Source of the DNA: Planctomycetota bacterium
GTDB taxonomy: Bacteria > Planctomycetota > MHYJ01 > WSZJ01
Reading direction: 5' to 3'
Assembly (NCBI GenBank): GCA_038060895.1
Contig: JBBTCT010000009.1
Location: 208,082-272,081 of the forward strand
Length of the DNA stretch: 64,000 bases
Made by a program: the position numbers and the translations under genes. The number at the start of each line of letters is the position of its first letter. The stretch's first letter is position 1. Positions 1-10,330 of the stretch are shown here, one piece after another. The notes under the pieces were generated by a model. It saw only the letters and a list, made by a program, of their open reading frames with translations, was not told where the DNA came from and did not search any database.

Positions 1-7
1 GGTCCTC

Positions 8-3000
8 GTGTCGGATCTCGTGATGATCGAACGAACGGGCCGCGAGGGGCTTTTCTACGTGACCGACGCCGCCACCGGCAAGCCGGAGGACGGCGCCGAC
101 GTGCGAGTGCTGGAGCGGATCACGTGGTGGGCCAACGGCAAGCAGCAGGTGCAGGACAGCAAGTTCTCGAAGAAGACGGACGCGGACGGGCTCGCTTTCG
201 TCGATTTCACCGGCGGAAACCGCGGCGCGCAGGTGATGGCGTTTGCGAAGAAGGACGGGCGGCTGGCCATCGCGATGCCGGCGCACCACTACTGGTCGGA
301 AGAAGGCGGGCGCGGGGCACGCATCGACACCTGGACGGACCGTCCAGTCTACCGGCCGGGACAGGCCGTGAACTGGAAGGCAACGATCCGGGTTCCACGC
401 ATGACCGGATACGCCGTGCCCGAGGAGCGGACCGTGCACGTGAAGATCACGGACCCGAAGGGAAACGTGCTGGCCGACAAGGACCTGAAAACGAACGAAT
501 TCGGGAGCATCTCGGGAACCGTAACTCCGGCCGTCAAAGCGGCGCTCGGGGTGTACTCGATCCAGATCCAGGGACCCGAGAATTCGCGCGGCTGGAGCCA
601 GTTCCGCGTCGAGGAGTACAAGAAGCCTGAAGTGAAAGTCGAGGTCGTCGCAAAGACGGAGCTCGCAAGACTTGGAGAAGGGTTGACCGCCGAAATTCAC
701 GCGGACTACTACTTCGGCGGCGGCGTCCCCAACGCCGACGTCCACTACACCGTGACCCGTCGCGGATACCATTTCTGGTACCGCGAGCCGCAGGAGTTCG
801 ACTGGTACTACGGCGACCGCTGGGGCCGCCCGGGCCGCGACTGGAACGAAGAAGTGATCGTTGATGGGCGCGGCAAGACCGACGAGAACGGCGTGCTCCT
901 CGTCGAGTGGTCCACGCTGAAGGCGAAGTCCGAGATGCCGAATCAGGACCATGAGTACGAGATCCGCGCGGAAGTCACCGACGCTTCACGCCGCACCGTT
1001 GAAGGAACCGGAACCGTCAGGGTCACGCGGACGCAGATGTTTGCGACCATCTCCCCGAAGCGCGGCTTCTACACAGCCGGCGACCACGTGGAGATCGAGC
1101 TGAACACCCAGAACGCGAACAACCTGCCGCTTCCCAGCGAAGGGACCATGACGGTCGCCCGCATCGTCTGGGACGCGAAGATCGAGCCCAACGGGAACTG
1201 GAAGGACGAGCCGTTCTATACGGAACCCGCGACGACCGGGAAGGATGGCCGCGGCTTCTGGAAGTGGCAGGTGGATCGGGGCGGCTTCTACGCGTTCATC
1301 TTCGAGTCGAAGGACGGCTGGGGTGAGAAGGTGACGGGGCGCACGACCATCAACGTTGCGGACCCGAACGCCGCGAATGCCGCGGCAAGGTTCCGGGAAC
1401 TCGACCTTTCGCCCGAAGAGCGCACCTACCGGCCGGGGCAGACGGCGCGGATCCTTCTGTGGAGCGACGTGGCGGGCGCGGCCGTGCTTGTGACTACGGA
1501 AGCAAACCAGACGACCCTGAGCCGGCAGGTGGTGAGGCTGGAAGGGAAGTCGAAAGTGCTGGAGTTCAAGCTGGCGGAAGCTCAGTGCCCGAATTTCCAC
1601 GTGAAGGCGGTGACGGTGCGGAACGGCGAAGTCCACCAGGCGCACACGGAAATCTTCGTGCCCCCGGCGGACAAATTCCTCGACGTGAAAGTGACGCCCT
1701 CGAAGCCGGAATACAAGCCGGGCGAACACGTGCGCTACGACATCAGCGCGACGGACTGGCAGGGGAAGCCGGCCCAGGCGGAATTCGCGCTGGCGGTGTT
1801 CGACAAGAGCGTGCTTTATATCGCGCCGTCGAACGTGCCGGACCTGCGGCTCTCGTTCTGGGGCGGCCGCCGCTGGGCGAACGTGAACATGATGACGTCG
1901 CGGCAGTTCAGCACCAGCCCGACAACCTCGGACGGCAACAAATACCCCGAATTCAAGCTGCACGGCGACCCCGCCGGATACGGCGGTGGCGGGCGCTTCG
2001 GCGGCCGGCGCGGTCGCTCGAAGGGCGATGACGGCGGGGCCTGGGCTCCGGACGCTTCGACGGGTTTTGCCCCGGGCGCGGAGGAGTCGGACCACAATGA
2101 GTCGGCCGACCGCGAGGACCTGGCCGAGGGCGGTGCGGAGCTGAAGAAGCTGGAGTCCAAGGAGAAGGCTCCGGCCTCCCCGAAGCCGGCCGCCGACCCG
2201 GCGAACAAGGACGGCAAAGCGCGCCAGGAGCAGCAGGGTGGCGGCGGCGCGGCCGGCGCGGAGCCCGTGGTGCGCAAGAATTTCGCCGACACGGCCTGCT
2301 GGTCGCCGTCGGTCGTCACGGACGCGGACGGCAAGGCCACGGTTGAGTTCGACATGCCCGATTCGCTCACGACGTGGCGCGCGGTCGCACGCGGAATGGA
2401 CACCTCCACGCGCGTCGGCGGCGCTTCCGCCGAAGTGCAGACCCGCAAGACGCTCATGGCCCGGCTGCAGGCGCCGCGGTTCTTCCGCGAACGCGACGAG
2501 CTCCTCATCAGTGCGATCGTGAACAACGCGGCGAAGGTCGATGAGCAGGTCAAGGCGACGCTAAAGCTCGAGGGCGGCACGCTCGAGCTGGGTTCTCCGG
2601 AAGCGATCGACATCAAGGTTGCGGCCAACGGCGAGGTTCGGCTCGACTGGAAGGTGAAGGCCACGAAGGAAGGCTCGGCGCGCATTATCGTCAGCGCGGT
2701 CGGCCAGCAGGACTCCGACGCCATGCAGCTCGATTTCCCGGTCTACGTCCACGGGATGGACAAGCTTCAGAGCTGGGCCGGCGTCGTGAAGGGCGACACC
2801 GAGACGGCGACCTTCACGATCGACGTCCCCGCGGACCGCAAGGTCACCACGGCGGACCTGACGATCCAGATCAGCCCGACGATGATGGGAGCTCTTCTCG
2901 ACGCGCTGCCTTACCTCATCGAGTACCCCTACGGCTGCGTCGAACAGACGATGAGCCGCTTCCTCCCCGCGGTCGCCGTCGCCAAAACGCTGAAGGACAC

Positions 3001-4468
3001 CGGAATCAACCTGGAAGACGTGGGCAAGCGCCGCGAGCTTGCGTACGCCGATATCGCCCCTTCGAAGAACGCAGTGTTCCACACGGCGGCGCTGGAAGCG
3101 ATCGTCGAGCAGGGGCTCAACCGCCTGTACGGATTCCAGAACGGCCACGGAGGCTGGGGCTGGTGGCAGTCGGACAAGATCGATCCGTTCATCACGGCCT
3201 ACGTCGTCAATGGCCTGCGCGTCGCCAAGGCGGCGGGCGCGCCGGTGGATGCGAACCGGCTGCAGAACGGAATCAACGCCCTGAAGAACGGCCTGCGGGA
3301 GGAGAAGGACCTGCATCGCGCCGCGTACTGCGCCTACGTCCTGGCGGAGTGCGGGGCGCTCGACGTGAAAGATCGCGAGCACCTCTACACGCGCCGCGGC
3401 GACATGAACAGCTACGGCCGCGCGCTCATGGCGATGGCGCTTCATCTTTCCAAGGACAAGGAAAAGGCCGAGGTCTGCATCCGCAACATGGAGGACTTCG
3501 TCAAGGTGGACGAGAAGGCCGGCACCGCCTGGTGGGATCGCGAAGACAAGTGGGCCTGGTGGTACTGGTACGGCGATGACGTCGAAGGGAATTCCGCGAT
3601 TCTCCGTGCTTACATCATGGTGGACCCGAAGAACGCGAACGTCCCGAGGATGGCGAAGTGGCTGCTGATGAATCGCGACGGAGTCCGCTGGAAATCCACG
3701 CGCGACACGGCGCACGCGATGCTGGCGCTCCTGGAGTACGCCAAGGTCGCCGGCGAGCTCAACCCCGAGTACACGGCCGACATCGAGGTGGACGGGAAGC
3801 TGCTGAAGTCGTTTGGTGTGACCAGCGAGAATGTTCTGACGCTGAACGCGGAGACGAAGGTCAAGGGCGACGCCCTCGAGACCGGGAAGCACACGATCAC
3901 GGTGAGGAAGTCCGGCAAGGGAACGGCGTACTGGAGCGTGTACCTGAAGTACTTCACGACCGAGGAGGACCTGACGGCCGGCAGCTCGAAGATGAGCGTG
4001 AGCCGGACGGTTTATCGCCTGAAGGGCCACGTCGAGAACACGAATGAGAACGGCCGCCCCGTGAAAAAGATGGTTTACGACCGTGAGAAGCTGGCCAGCG
4101 GTGCCAAGGTCACCAGCGGCGATTTGCTCGAGATCGAGATGGAGATCGACGCCCCGAACGACTACGAGTACCTGGTGTTCGAGGACTTCAAGGCTGCCGG
4201 CGTCGAGCCGACGGAAGTCGTGAGCGGCCGCGTGTGGGGAGCCCTCGACAGCAACCGGGAGTTCCGGGACGAAAAGGTCGCCTTCTTCGTGGACTGGATG
4301 CCCCGCGGGAAGCACAAGATCTCATACCGCGCGCGCGCCGAAATTCCAGGCTCGTTCCACGCCATGCCAGTGAACGGCTACGCGATGTACGCTCCCTCCG
4401 TCCGCGCCATCTCTGACGAGTTCAGGATCACGATCGAGGACAAGCCGACGGACAAGGGGACCAAGTAG
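8..4468 (+). CDS. Bacterial alpha-2-macroglobulin family protein (5' end lies outside the window)
   Basis: MG-domain motif TDRPVYRPG, FRVEEYKKP, MPDSLTTW, and intact thioester motif YPYGCVEQ. The frame is open to the window edge. Confidence 0.93.
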   Translation: MSDLVMIERTGREGLFYVTDAATGKPEDGADVRVLERITWWANGKQQVQDSKFSKKTDADGLAFVDFTGGNRGAQVMAFAKKDGRLAIAMPAHHYWSEEGGRGARIDTWTDRPVYRPGQAVNWKATIRVPRMTGYAVPEERTVHVKITDPKGNVLADKDLKTNEFGSISGTVTPAVKAALGVYSIQIQGPENSRGWSQFRVEEYKKPEVKVEVVAKTELARLGEGLTAEIHADYYFGGGVPNADVHYTVTRRGYHFWYREPQEFDWYYGDRWGRPGRDWNEEVIVDGRGKTDENGVLLVEWSTLKAKSEMPNQDHEYEIRAEVTDASRRTVEGTGTVRVTRTQMFATISPKRGFYTAGDHVEIELNTQNANNLPLPSEGTMTVARIVWDAKIEPNGNWKDEPFYTEPATTGKDGRGFWKWQVDRGGFYAFIFESKDGWGEKVTGRTTINVADPNAANAAARFRELDLSPEERTYRPGQTARILLWSDVAGAAVLVTTEANQTTLSRQVVRLEGKSKVLEFKLAEAQCPNFHVKAVTVRNGEVHQAHTEIFVPPADKFLDVKVTPSKPEYKPGEHVRYDISATDWQGKPAQAEFALAVFDKSVLYIAPSNVPDLRLSFWGGRRWANVNMMTSRQFSTSPTTSDGNKYPEFKLHGDPAGYGGGGRFGGRRGRSKGDDGGAWAPDASTGFAPGAEESDHNESADREDLAEGGAELKKLESKEKAPASPKPAADPANKDGKARQEQQGGGGAAGAEPVVRKNFADTACWSPSVVTDADGKATVEFDMPDSLTTWRAVARGMDTSTRVGGASAEVQTRKTLMARLQAPRFFRERDELLISAIVNNAAKVDEQVKATLKLEGGTLELGSPEAIDIKVAANGEVRLDWKVKATKEGSARIIVSAVGQQDSDAMQLDFPVYVHGMDKLQSWAGVVKGDTETATFTIDVPADRKVTTADLTIQISPTMMGALLDALPYLIEYPYGCVEQTMSRFLPAVAVAKTLKDTGINLEDVGKRRELAYADIAPSKNAVFHTAALEAIVEQGLNRLYGFQNGHGGWGWWQSDKIDPFITAYVVNGLRVAKAAGAPVDANRLQNGINALKNGLREEKDLHRAAYCAYVLAECGALDVKDREHLYTRRGDMNSYGRALMAMALHLSKDKEKAEVCIRNMEDFVKVDEKAGTAWWDREDKWAWWYWYGDDVEGNSAILRAYIMVDPKNANVPRMAKWLLMNRDGVRWKSTRDTAHAMLALLEYAKVAGELNPEYTADIEVDGKLLKSFGVTSENVLTLNAETKVKGDALETGKHTITVRKSGKGTAYWSVYLKYFTTEEDLTAGSSKMSVSRTVYRLKGHVENTNENGRPVKKMVYDREKLASGAKVTSGDLLEIEMEIDAPNDYEYLVFEDFKAAGVEPTEVVSGRVWGALDSNREFRDEKVAFFVDWMPRGKHKISYRARAEIPGSFHAMPVNGYAMYAPSVRAISDEFRITIEDKPTDKGTK

Positions 4469-4485
4469 CAATTCGGAAAGCGCCG

Positions 4486-4521
4486 GGGAGGGGGCGGCGA
4501 ACAGCCGTCCCCTCTCTTTTT
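4486..4521 (+). terminator. Rho-independent terminator
   Basis: Stem GGGAGGGGGCGGC / GCCGTCCCCTCTC with a 5-nt loop, then TTTTT, just after the A2M stop. Confidence 0.8.
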
Positions 4522-4544
4522 GAGCCTGCTACACTGAGGCCCGG

Positions 4545-5141
4545 ATGAACTCCTCAAGGCCGCTCGCGCTTCTGATCGCTTTCCTTGCGGCGCTTGCCGC
4601 CGTGTTCTTCATCTGGAGCGACCGGAATCCGACTTCGACGGAAGGTCCACCCGCGTTCTCGAAGCCTGCCGAAATCGCATTCGAGCCTGGCAGCAAAATG
4701 GCGCCCAAGCCGCTTTCCCGGGAAGAGGCCGTACCGGTTGATGCTGGCGCGGAAGCGAAGCCGGAAACGGGGCCGGGGATGGATCCGGATCCTGTCGGCG
4801 GTCCAGCGGCCCATTCGGCGACGCCGGAGGCCCGCGACAGATCGAAACAACGGATGGAGCAGATTGGGCGCCAATGGCTCAGGCCCTTCGCAGCGGAGAC
4901 GGCCATGCCGGAATCCCAGGAGGCCAAGGTCTGGGAAGTCGTCAAGGCGTTCATTGTTGCCTACGAAGCGCTGCGATGGAGGCGTGAGGTCGAAGAGGAT
5001 GTGGAGACGACGATAGAAAGGCTCTACGGGAGGGCGGAGCGTGACATCCGGGCGCTTTTGGGTACGGGACAGGAGGGCTCGTTCCGCGGGCTTCCGCGCG
5101 ACTGGGGATTCAACCTTCTCGACCCCGGACCGGGGCGTTGA
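4545..5141 (+). CDS. Hypothetical protein with N-terminal membrane anchor
   Basis: Hydrophobic N-terminal helix, Pro/Ala-rich linker, helical C-terminus; fills the intergenic gap. Confidence 0.6.
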   Translation: MNSSRPLALLIAFLAALAAVFFIWSDRNPTSTEGPPAFSKPAEIAFEPGSKMAPKPLSREEAVPVDAGAEAKPETGPGMDPDPVGGPAAHSATPEARDRSKQRMEQIGRQWLRPFAAETAMPESQEAKVWEVVKAFIVAYEALRWRREVEEDVETTIERLYGRAERDIRALLGTGQEGSFRGLPRDWGFNLLDPGPGR

Positions 5142-5321
5142 CCCCGGCTTAAAATTCTTAAGAATCTGCTTGATTAGAAACCTGAGTTAATCAATAATTA
5201 ATGGGTCGCGGGTGGCACGACCTGCCGCCGCGGACGTGGGATTGGGGTTTCGGGGCTGTTCAGGCACAGAACTTTTTCCGCCGTCGCGGTTGAAGCGGAG
5301 AAGACGCCTCGTACGGGAGTC

Positions 5322-7937
5322 ATGGAAGGGACCACCGTGAGACGATTCGTCGCTGTTTCCAGTCTGCTAATTGCCCTCGTTCTCGCCTCGATTTCCCTTC
5401 AGGGCGCTCCGCGCGCCCCCCTCGGGAAGGTGGACCTGAAATCCGCCGGCGGGGTGCCGATTGCATTCATGGCGGCGAGCGGCGCCCTCAGTCCCGCGGG
5501 CCAGGATTACCGTCAGAACCTCCACGTGACGTGGAACGGAAATCGCGACTCCGCGATCATCACGTACACGACGCTTACGGGTGGCCTGTGGGCGCATCAC
5601 TTCAACGGAACCGCCTATACACCCGGCGTCAATATCGTCCCGGCCGACGGAAGCACAGCGAGCGTGATCGGCGACCGCGTCGTGACGGCCTTCATCAATA
5701 CGACGGACCATCCGAACGATTACGCCAAGAAACGCGACGGCGACGCGCTGATTCTCTTCACGGCCGTCGACAACGACAACGACGGCGCCGCGGCGGCGGA
5801 CGGCAAGAACCGCGCCCTTTACGTCGCGTACTTTGACACGACGTACAAAACGTGGCCTGCGCTCGAGTACGGCTTCCAGACGACCGGCGCCCGCATCAGC
5901 GACCGCGATGGCGAAGAGGAAAACGTCATCTGCCACGGTGTCGTGACCGACGGGCTGATCGGTGAAGCACGCTGGCTCAACTACCAGTACAGCTACAAGT
6001 ACGGCGACGCAACGAGCGGGTTGGCGATGTTCTGGTCGCAGGGGGAAAACCTGGACGGTGACGCGGACATCGAGGACATGGCGACCTACGCAGCTTTCTT
6101 CGATCTCGGTCAGCCTGGTTCCGAATCCCTTCCTCTGGTCGCAGGGCCGGACGCGCGTCTTTCCACCTTGAACTTCGGCGCTTCGGACTCCGGTTCGACC
6201 GCAGCCCAGACACGCGTGGACGCGCGGTACCTGGTCTACAACAACGTCCTGGTCTTGCGGTGCGCCGCAAATGCCGCGGGTCTTGGGGCCGAGCCGGAGC
6301 TCTGGAATTTCGGATCCACGATGAACCAGGGGGACGACGTGACGCTGCAGGCCGTCGCGTTCGACTTCGGCACGTCTACCGTGGGCGAAGCACGCCTGTT
6401 GCACGGCGCGCCGCCCGATGCCACCGACACATCGGAAAACAACGCCATGCCTCTTCGCCAGGACGGCTCGTTCCTGAGCGGCGGGCACGCGATGTACGGG
6501 CCCGACGAAGGGTTGTCGCGCCTGGAGCTCGTGTTCGCGGAGTTGGTGAACGGCCAGGCGAACGTGAGCTGGGGGACGAACGCGAACAACGCGCGCATCG
6601 GTGCGGTCGAGATCGACCCCGTCACGGGCGCCGTTTTGGGGCACGCCTACCTCGATCTCGAGGACCCGGCGATCAACGACAGCGTTGGCTCAACGACGGC
6701 GGACTGCCGGCTCTCGCGCAACGGCGACTACATGTTCGTGGGCTGGCTCGAGAACTGGAACGAAGGCGCGTTCCTCGACAAGGCCCTTTGGACCGCCCAG
6801 ATCCTCACTCCTCGTGGTTCCACCGCCCCTCCGGCGTTCATCGACCGTGTTGGCGGGGGCCTCAAGGTGAATACGGAGATCGACGACTTCCCGGTCACCT
6901 GGTTCTTCTTCGAAGAAGGGCTTTGTTACGTGACTGGTGCGCAGTCGAACGCCGAAGTCATGAACATCATCTACGAACAGAGCTGTCACACCGATGACGG
7001 CATCTGGATCGGCCGACTGACGGCCGACCTGGACGCGGCTCCTGTTTTGCCCGCAGGTTCCGTGGTCCTTGCTGAGTCGTTCGAAGAGGGCTCGCAGCCC
7101 GGAATGGGCACGCTCAACGAAGAACACTGGGGCTGCAATGGCACTGATAGCGGCTATGACGGGCAGCCGATCATCTTCTACATCAAGGATCTGCCGGCCG
7201 CAGGGACCGACATGGGGATGTACGCGGAAAAGGGCGGCGTCTCCCCGGCAACCTGCCGGATCGATCGGCCCAGCACGGCAACCGACATGGCGATGCAGGG
7301 CGTCGGCGTCGCGATCACGCAGGCAGGGTCGCTGATCGGCCCCGGCGCACGCACCTGGAGTTCCAATCGCGTCCATGTGATGTGGAACGAAGGGAGATCG
7401 ACGACCGGAATGTGGGCCGGGAGCGGACTCTGGACCCGCTACTGGAGCGTCGGCTCCACGGCGAGCGCTTTCGCCGACCAATTCACCCCCTCGGCTGCAA
7501 CGACGCCTTCGGGCACTCTGCGCCCGATCCAACTCGATCCTGAGGGCGTGCTCTTCGACATCACCGATGTGCAGGAAATCCACGGAATCGCACGCAACGG
7601 AAACAAGCTCGGCGTCTGGCTCGCTTCACGCGGACACATCTGGTGCTCGGAGTTCGGCCCCAACCCGTTCGGAACGAGTTGGGACGTCTATTACACCGCC
7701 TCCCTCGGCAAGCCCACGCAGGTCGACGACGGGGGCGGCGTCTCCAGCGCAGGCCGTATTTACAAGGTTCCTGGCTTCGTCGGACCCGCAACGCCCGCGA
7801 AGTCAGTAGGCCCGATGAAAGCGTTCTTTCCGCGGCCCGGCGCCAACTCGCTAGACCGCGCCCTGTACCTCTGGATCCAGGAGGTCAGTTTCGACGGGCT
7901 GCCCCTCCTCTTCGCACGCGCCAGGGCGAAGGACTAG
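5322..7937 (+). CDS. Large secreted hypothetical protein (acidic, beta-rich)
   Basis: 871 aa, GGGAG RBS, signal-peptide-like N-terminus, Asp-rich motifs (DNDNDG, NLDGDAD); no family recognised. Confidence 0.8.
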   Translation: MEGTTVRRFVAVSSLLIALVLASISLQGAPRAPLGKVDLKSAGGVPIAFMAASGALSPAGQDYRQNLHVTWNGNRDSAIITYTTLTGGLWAHHFNGTAYTPGVNIVPADGSTASVIGDRVVTAFINTTDHPNDYAKKRDGDALILFTAVDNDNDGAAAADGKNRALYVAYFDTTYKTWPALEYGFQTTGARISDRDGEEENVICHGVVTDGLIGEARWLNYQYSYKYGDATSGLAMFWSQGENLDGDADIEDMATYAAFFDLGQPGSESLPLVAGPDARLSTLNFGASDSGSTAAQTRVDARYLVYNNVLVLRCAANAAGLGAEPELWNFGSTMNQGDDVTLQAVAFDFGTSTVGEARLLHGAPPDATDTSENNAMPLRQDGSFLSGGHAMYGPDEGLSRLELVFAELVNGQANVSWGTNANNARIGAVEIDPVTGAVLGHAYLDLEDPAINDSVGSTTADCRLSRNGDYMFVGWLENWNEGAFLDKALWTAQILTPRGSTAPPAFIDRVGGGLKVNTEIDDFPVTWFFFEEGLCYVTGAQSNAEVMNIIYEQSCHTDDGIWIGRLTADLDAAPVLPAGSVVLAESFEEGSQPGMGTLNEEHWGCNGTDSGYDGQPIIFYIKDLPAAGTDMGMYAEKGGVSPATCRIDRPSTATDMAMQGVGVAITQAGSLIGPGARTWSSNRVHVMWNEGRSTTGMWAGSGLWTRYWSVGSTASAFADQFTPSAATTPSGTLRPIQLDPEGVLFDITDVQEIHGIARNGNKLGVWLASRGHIWCSEFGPNPFGTSWDVYYTASLGKPTQVDDGGGVSSAGRIYKVPGFVGPATPAKSVGPMKAFFPRPGANSLDRALYLWIQEVSFDGLPLLFARARAKD

Positions 7938-8929
7938 CCGTTCGACCTTAATGCCTTCACTGCCGGGTCCGCGTAGACGGGAACCAGGAAGCGCGCGCCG
8001 AAGTCCACGCCCGGCGCTTCACCGGCGACTTCCAGTTCCCAGTAGCGCGGGGTTACGGTCTGACGTTCGGTGGCGAAGTGCGACTCTGCGGGCAGCCGGA
8101 ATGAAACCGGGATCTCGCGGGACGGGGGCTCGACGACCCTTACTTCCTTCCAGATCTCGAACACCGCCAGGTTCAGCCCGGATCCCGTCGCCTCGGCGTC
8201 CACCTGCTCGCGGAGGCAGCGAAGCGTGAAGACCAGGTTCTTGAGCGAGCGCACGTCGGCGGAGGTGCGGAAGTCGGCCTCGAGAGTGTCGCCGAGAAAG
8301 AAGGGGAAGCGGCGGAAGACGAGCGTCGAAGCGCCGAATTTCCAGAGGCGCGCGAGATAGTAGAGGCCCTGGCCGAAGACGCCGATCATGACGAGGTCGA
8401 AGATGCCGACGACGCCGACGACGAAGAAGTTCCCCTCGCTGGACAGGAAAGCCCACCAGTTGAAGGGGATGAGAAACACGAAGAGGAAGGCTGCGGCGAA
8501 GAAGGACCCCGCGGCCTGTCCTGCGTTTCCGTCGGTCGCGGAGCGCGCGCTCCACGGGTGATCGGCGAGCCACGGCTCGCCGGGTCGCGTCAGGAGGATC
8601 TCCTTTCGACGCGCCATGTCCCAGATCTGCCAGATGCCCCGCCAGAGCACCAGGAGGCCCGCAATGGCGAACATCGAGCCGCCAGAGGCGATGACCCAGG
8701 CTGGCGAATTCGATTCGCCCTTGAGCGGCCACAACCGCAGGCCGGCCCCCGTCAGCATGACGCCTGCGGCGATGAAGGGAAGGCTGAAGACGATCAGGAA
8801 GCCCGAGTGCGCGCGCGCCTGTCCCTTCGGCGTGCGGTCCTTTAGCCGGACTTCGTGCGACGGCGGAACGGGGGCGTCACTCACGCGGCCATCGTAGCGC
8901 ATGCTGGCACGGCGTTCGGTCATAGGCAC
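7934..8929 (-). CDS. Hypothetical membrane protein (4 TM plus C-terminal beta domain); true start may be downstream
   Basis: Two pairs of hydrophobic helices, PWLADHPW motif, C-terminal YWELEVAGEAPGVDF. Confidence 0.75.
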   Translation of the reverse strand: MPMTERRASMRYDGRVSDAPVPPSHEVRLKDRTPKGQARAHSGFLIVFSLPFIAAGVMLTGAGLRLWPLKGESNSPAWVIASGGSMFAIAGLLVLWRGIWQIWDMARRKEILLTRPGEPWLADHPWSARSATDGNAGQAAGSFFAAAFLFVFLIPFNWWAFLSSEGNFFVVGVVGIFDLVMIGVFGQGLYYLARLWKFGASTLVFRRFPFFLGDTLEADFRTSADVRSLKNLVFTLRCLREQVDAEATGSGLNLAVFEIWKEVRVVEPPSREIPVSFRLPAESHFATERQTVTPRYWELEVAGEAPGVDFGARFLVPVYADPAVKALRSNG

Positions 8930-9090
8930 CTCCCGGTTCGAGTGTGCCGGTCAGTACCGCAACCGCGGGGCCAGCCGCACCGCGCGGGGTTTCCGGTTTC
9001 ACGGACGTTTCACGCCAATCCCTGCACAATCGCCGGACGACCCCGCACGCCCGGAGGTTCCACGCGTTCCACGCGTGATAAAGTGCTCGC

Positions 9091-9399
9091 ATGCCGCTCG
9101 TAACAGTCGCGACCGTCGACCAGGTCCCCCCGGGATGCGCCCTGCGCGTGAACATCCAGGCGCGCGAGATCGGGCTCTTCAACCACGGGGGCCAGCTCTT
9201 CGCGATCAAGAATCTCTGCCCGCACATGGGCGACGCGCTGCACAAAGGGAAGGTGACGGAGCTGGGGCGCGTCGTGTGTCCGGGCCACGCGTGGCACTTT
9301 GACCTGTCGACGGGGAAGTGCACGAGCGGGCAGACGGAGGCGAGCGTTAGGACGTATCCGGTTGTGGTTCAGGGAGATGACATCCTGATCGAAGTTTGA
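9091..9399 (+). CDS. Rieske [2Fe-2S] ferredoxin (NirD-like small protein)
   Basis: CPH...CPGH Rieske ligands; WHFDLSTG. Confidence 0.9.
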   Translation: MPLVTVATVDQVPPGCALRVNIQAREIGLFNHGGQLFAIKNLCPHMGDALHKGKVTELGRVVCPGHAWHFDLSTGKCTSGQTEASVRTYPVVVQGDDILIEV

Positions 9400-9424
9400 G
9401 TTGCGAGTCACAAGGAGTGGCGCG

Positions 9425-9760
9425 ATGGCCTGGTGGAAGCACGTCGGGGACGAAATGAAATTCGCCGCCGAGAAGATGGCGAAGACGAACCTGTTCGAGA
9501 CGGATCGCATGTTCTGCGATGTCTACGGGCTGGAGCCGGGGCAATCGCAGAAGTCGCACGTCCATGGCGACGCGGACAAGGTCTATTACGTCGTCGAGGG
9601 GGAGGGACTCTTTGAAGTAGGGAAGGAGTCCCGCGTCCTGGGCCCCGGCGTCGTCGTCCACGCCGCTTCCGGCGAGCCGCACGGCGTTACGAACACGGGC
9701 CAGGGCCGCCTCGCTTTGCTCGTCGTCATGGCCCCGCATTCGAGGTTCAAGAAGATCTGA
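9425..9760 (+). CDS. Cupin domain protein
   Basis: HVH...YYVVEGEG...PHGVTN cupin motifs; AGGAG RBS before ATG 9425. Confidence 0.88.
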   Translation: MAWWKHVGDEMKFAAEKMAKTNLFETDRMFCDVYGLEPGQSQKSHVHGDADKVYYVVEGEGLFEVGKESRVLGPGVVVHAASGEPHGVTNTGQGRLALLVVMAPHSRFKKI

Positions 9761-10224
9761 TGCGTCGTTTCACCATCCGTCGGGCCACCGTCCGTGACCT
9801 GAAGCACCTCCGTCACCAGCGCGACGGCATGTTCCGCGACATGGGTTGCGACGACGAAAAGGCCCTCGCCGCTGCCGACCGCGCGTACGCCAATTGGGTC
9901 CGCGTTCGCATTCGCTCCGGCCGATTTTTCGCCTGGCTCGCCGTCGCCCCCGGCAACCGCGTTGCTGCTGGTGGCGCCGTCTGGCTGCGGGAACAGCAGC
10001 CCGGCCCGCGGCGCGCCCGGCTCCTGCCTTACCTGCTCTCGATGTACACCGAGCCGGAGTTTCGCGGGAAGGGACTCGCGACGAAGATCGTCAAGGCGGC
10101 GACCGCGTGGGGAAAAAAACGCCGGCTGACAAAGATGCTGCTTCACGCGTCCTCGATGGGGCGCGGCGTCTACGTGCGTCTCGGATGGAAACGGACATGG
10201 GAAATGGAGATTCCGCTCAAGTGA
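9760..10224 (+). CDS. GNAT family N-acetyltransferase
   Basis: MYTEPEFRGKGLA acetyl-CoA binding motif; LHAS..GRGVY..LGW; coupled to the cupin stop. Confidence 0.9.
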   Translation: MRRFTIRRATVRDLKHLRHQRDGMFRDMGCDDEKALAAADRAYANWVRVRIRSGRFFAWLAVAPGNRVAAGGAVWLREQQPGPRRARLLPYLLSMYTEPEFRGKGLATKIVKAATAWGKKRRLTKMLLHASSMGRGVYVRLGWKRTWEMEIPLK

Positions 10225-10330
10225 AGAGGCTGCTCGTTGCGTGCGTCCTCCTGGCCGGCTGCGGCCGCGAGCCCGCGCTGTCCCCGGCCCAGCTCGCCTT
10301 GGACTGTTGCTCGGACTTTGACTGGATCCT

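Noticed and set aside
5212-5230. TGGCACG possible sigma54 promoter
   Set aside because: No GC at the required GG-N10-GC spacing.
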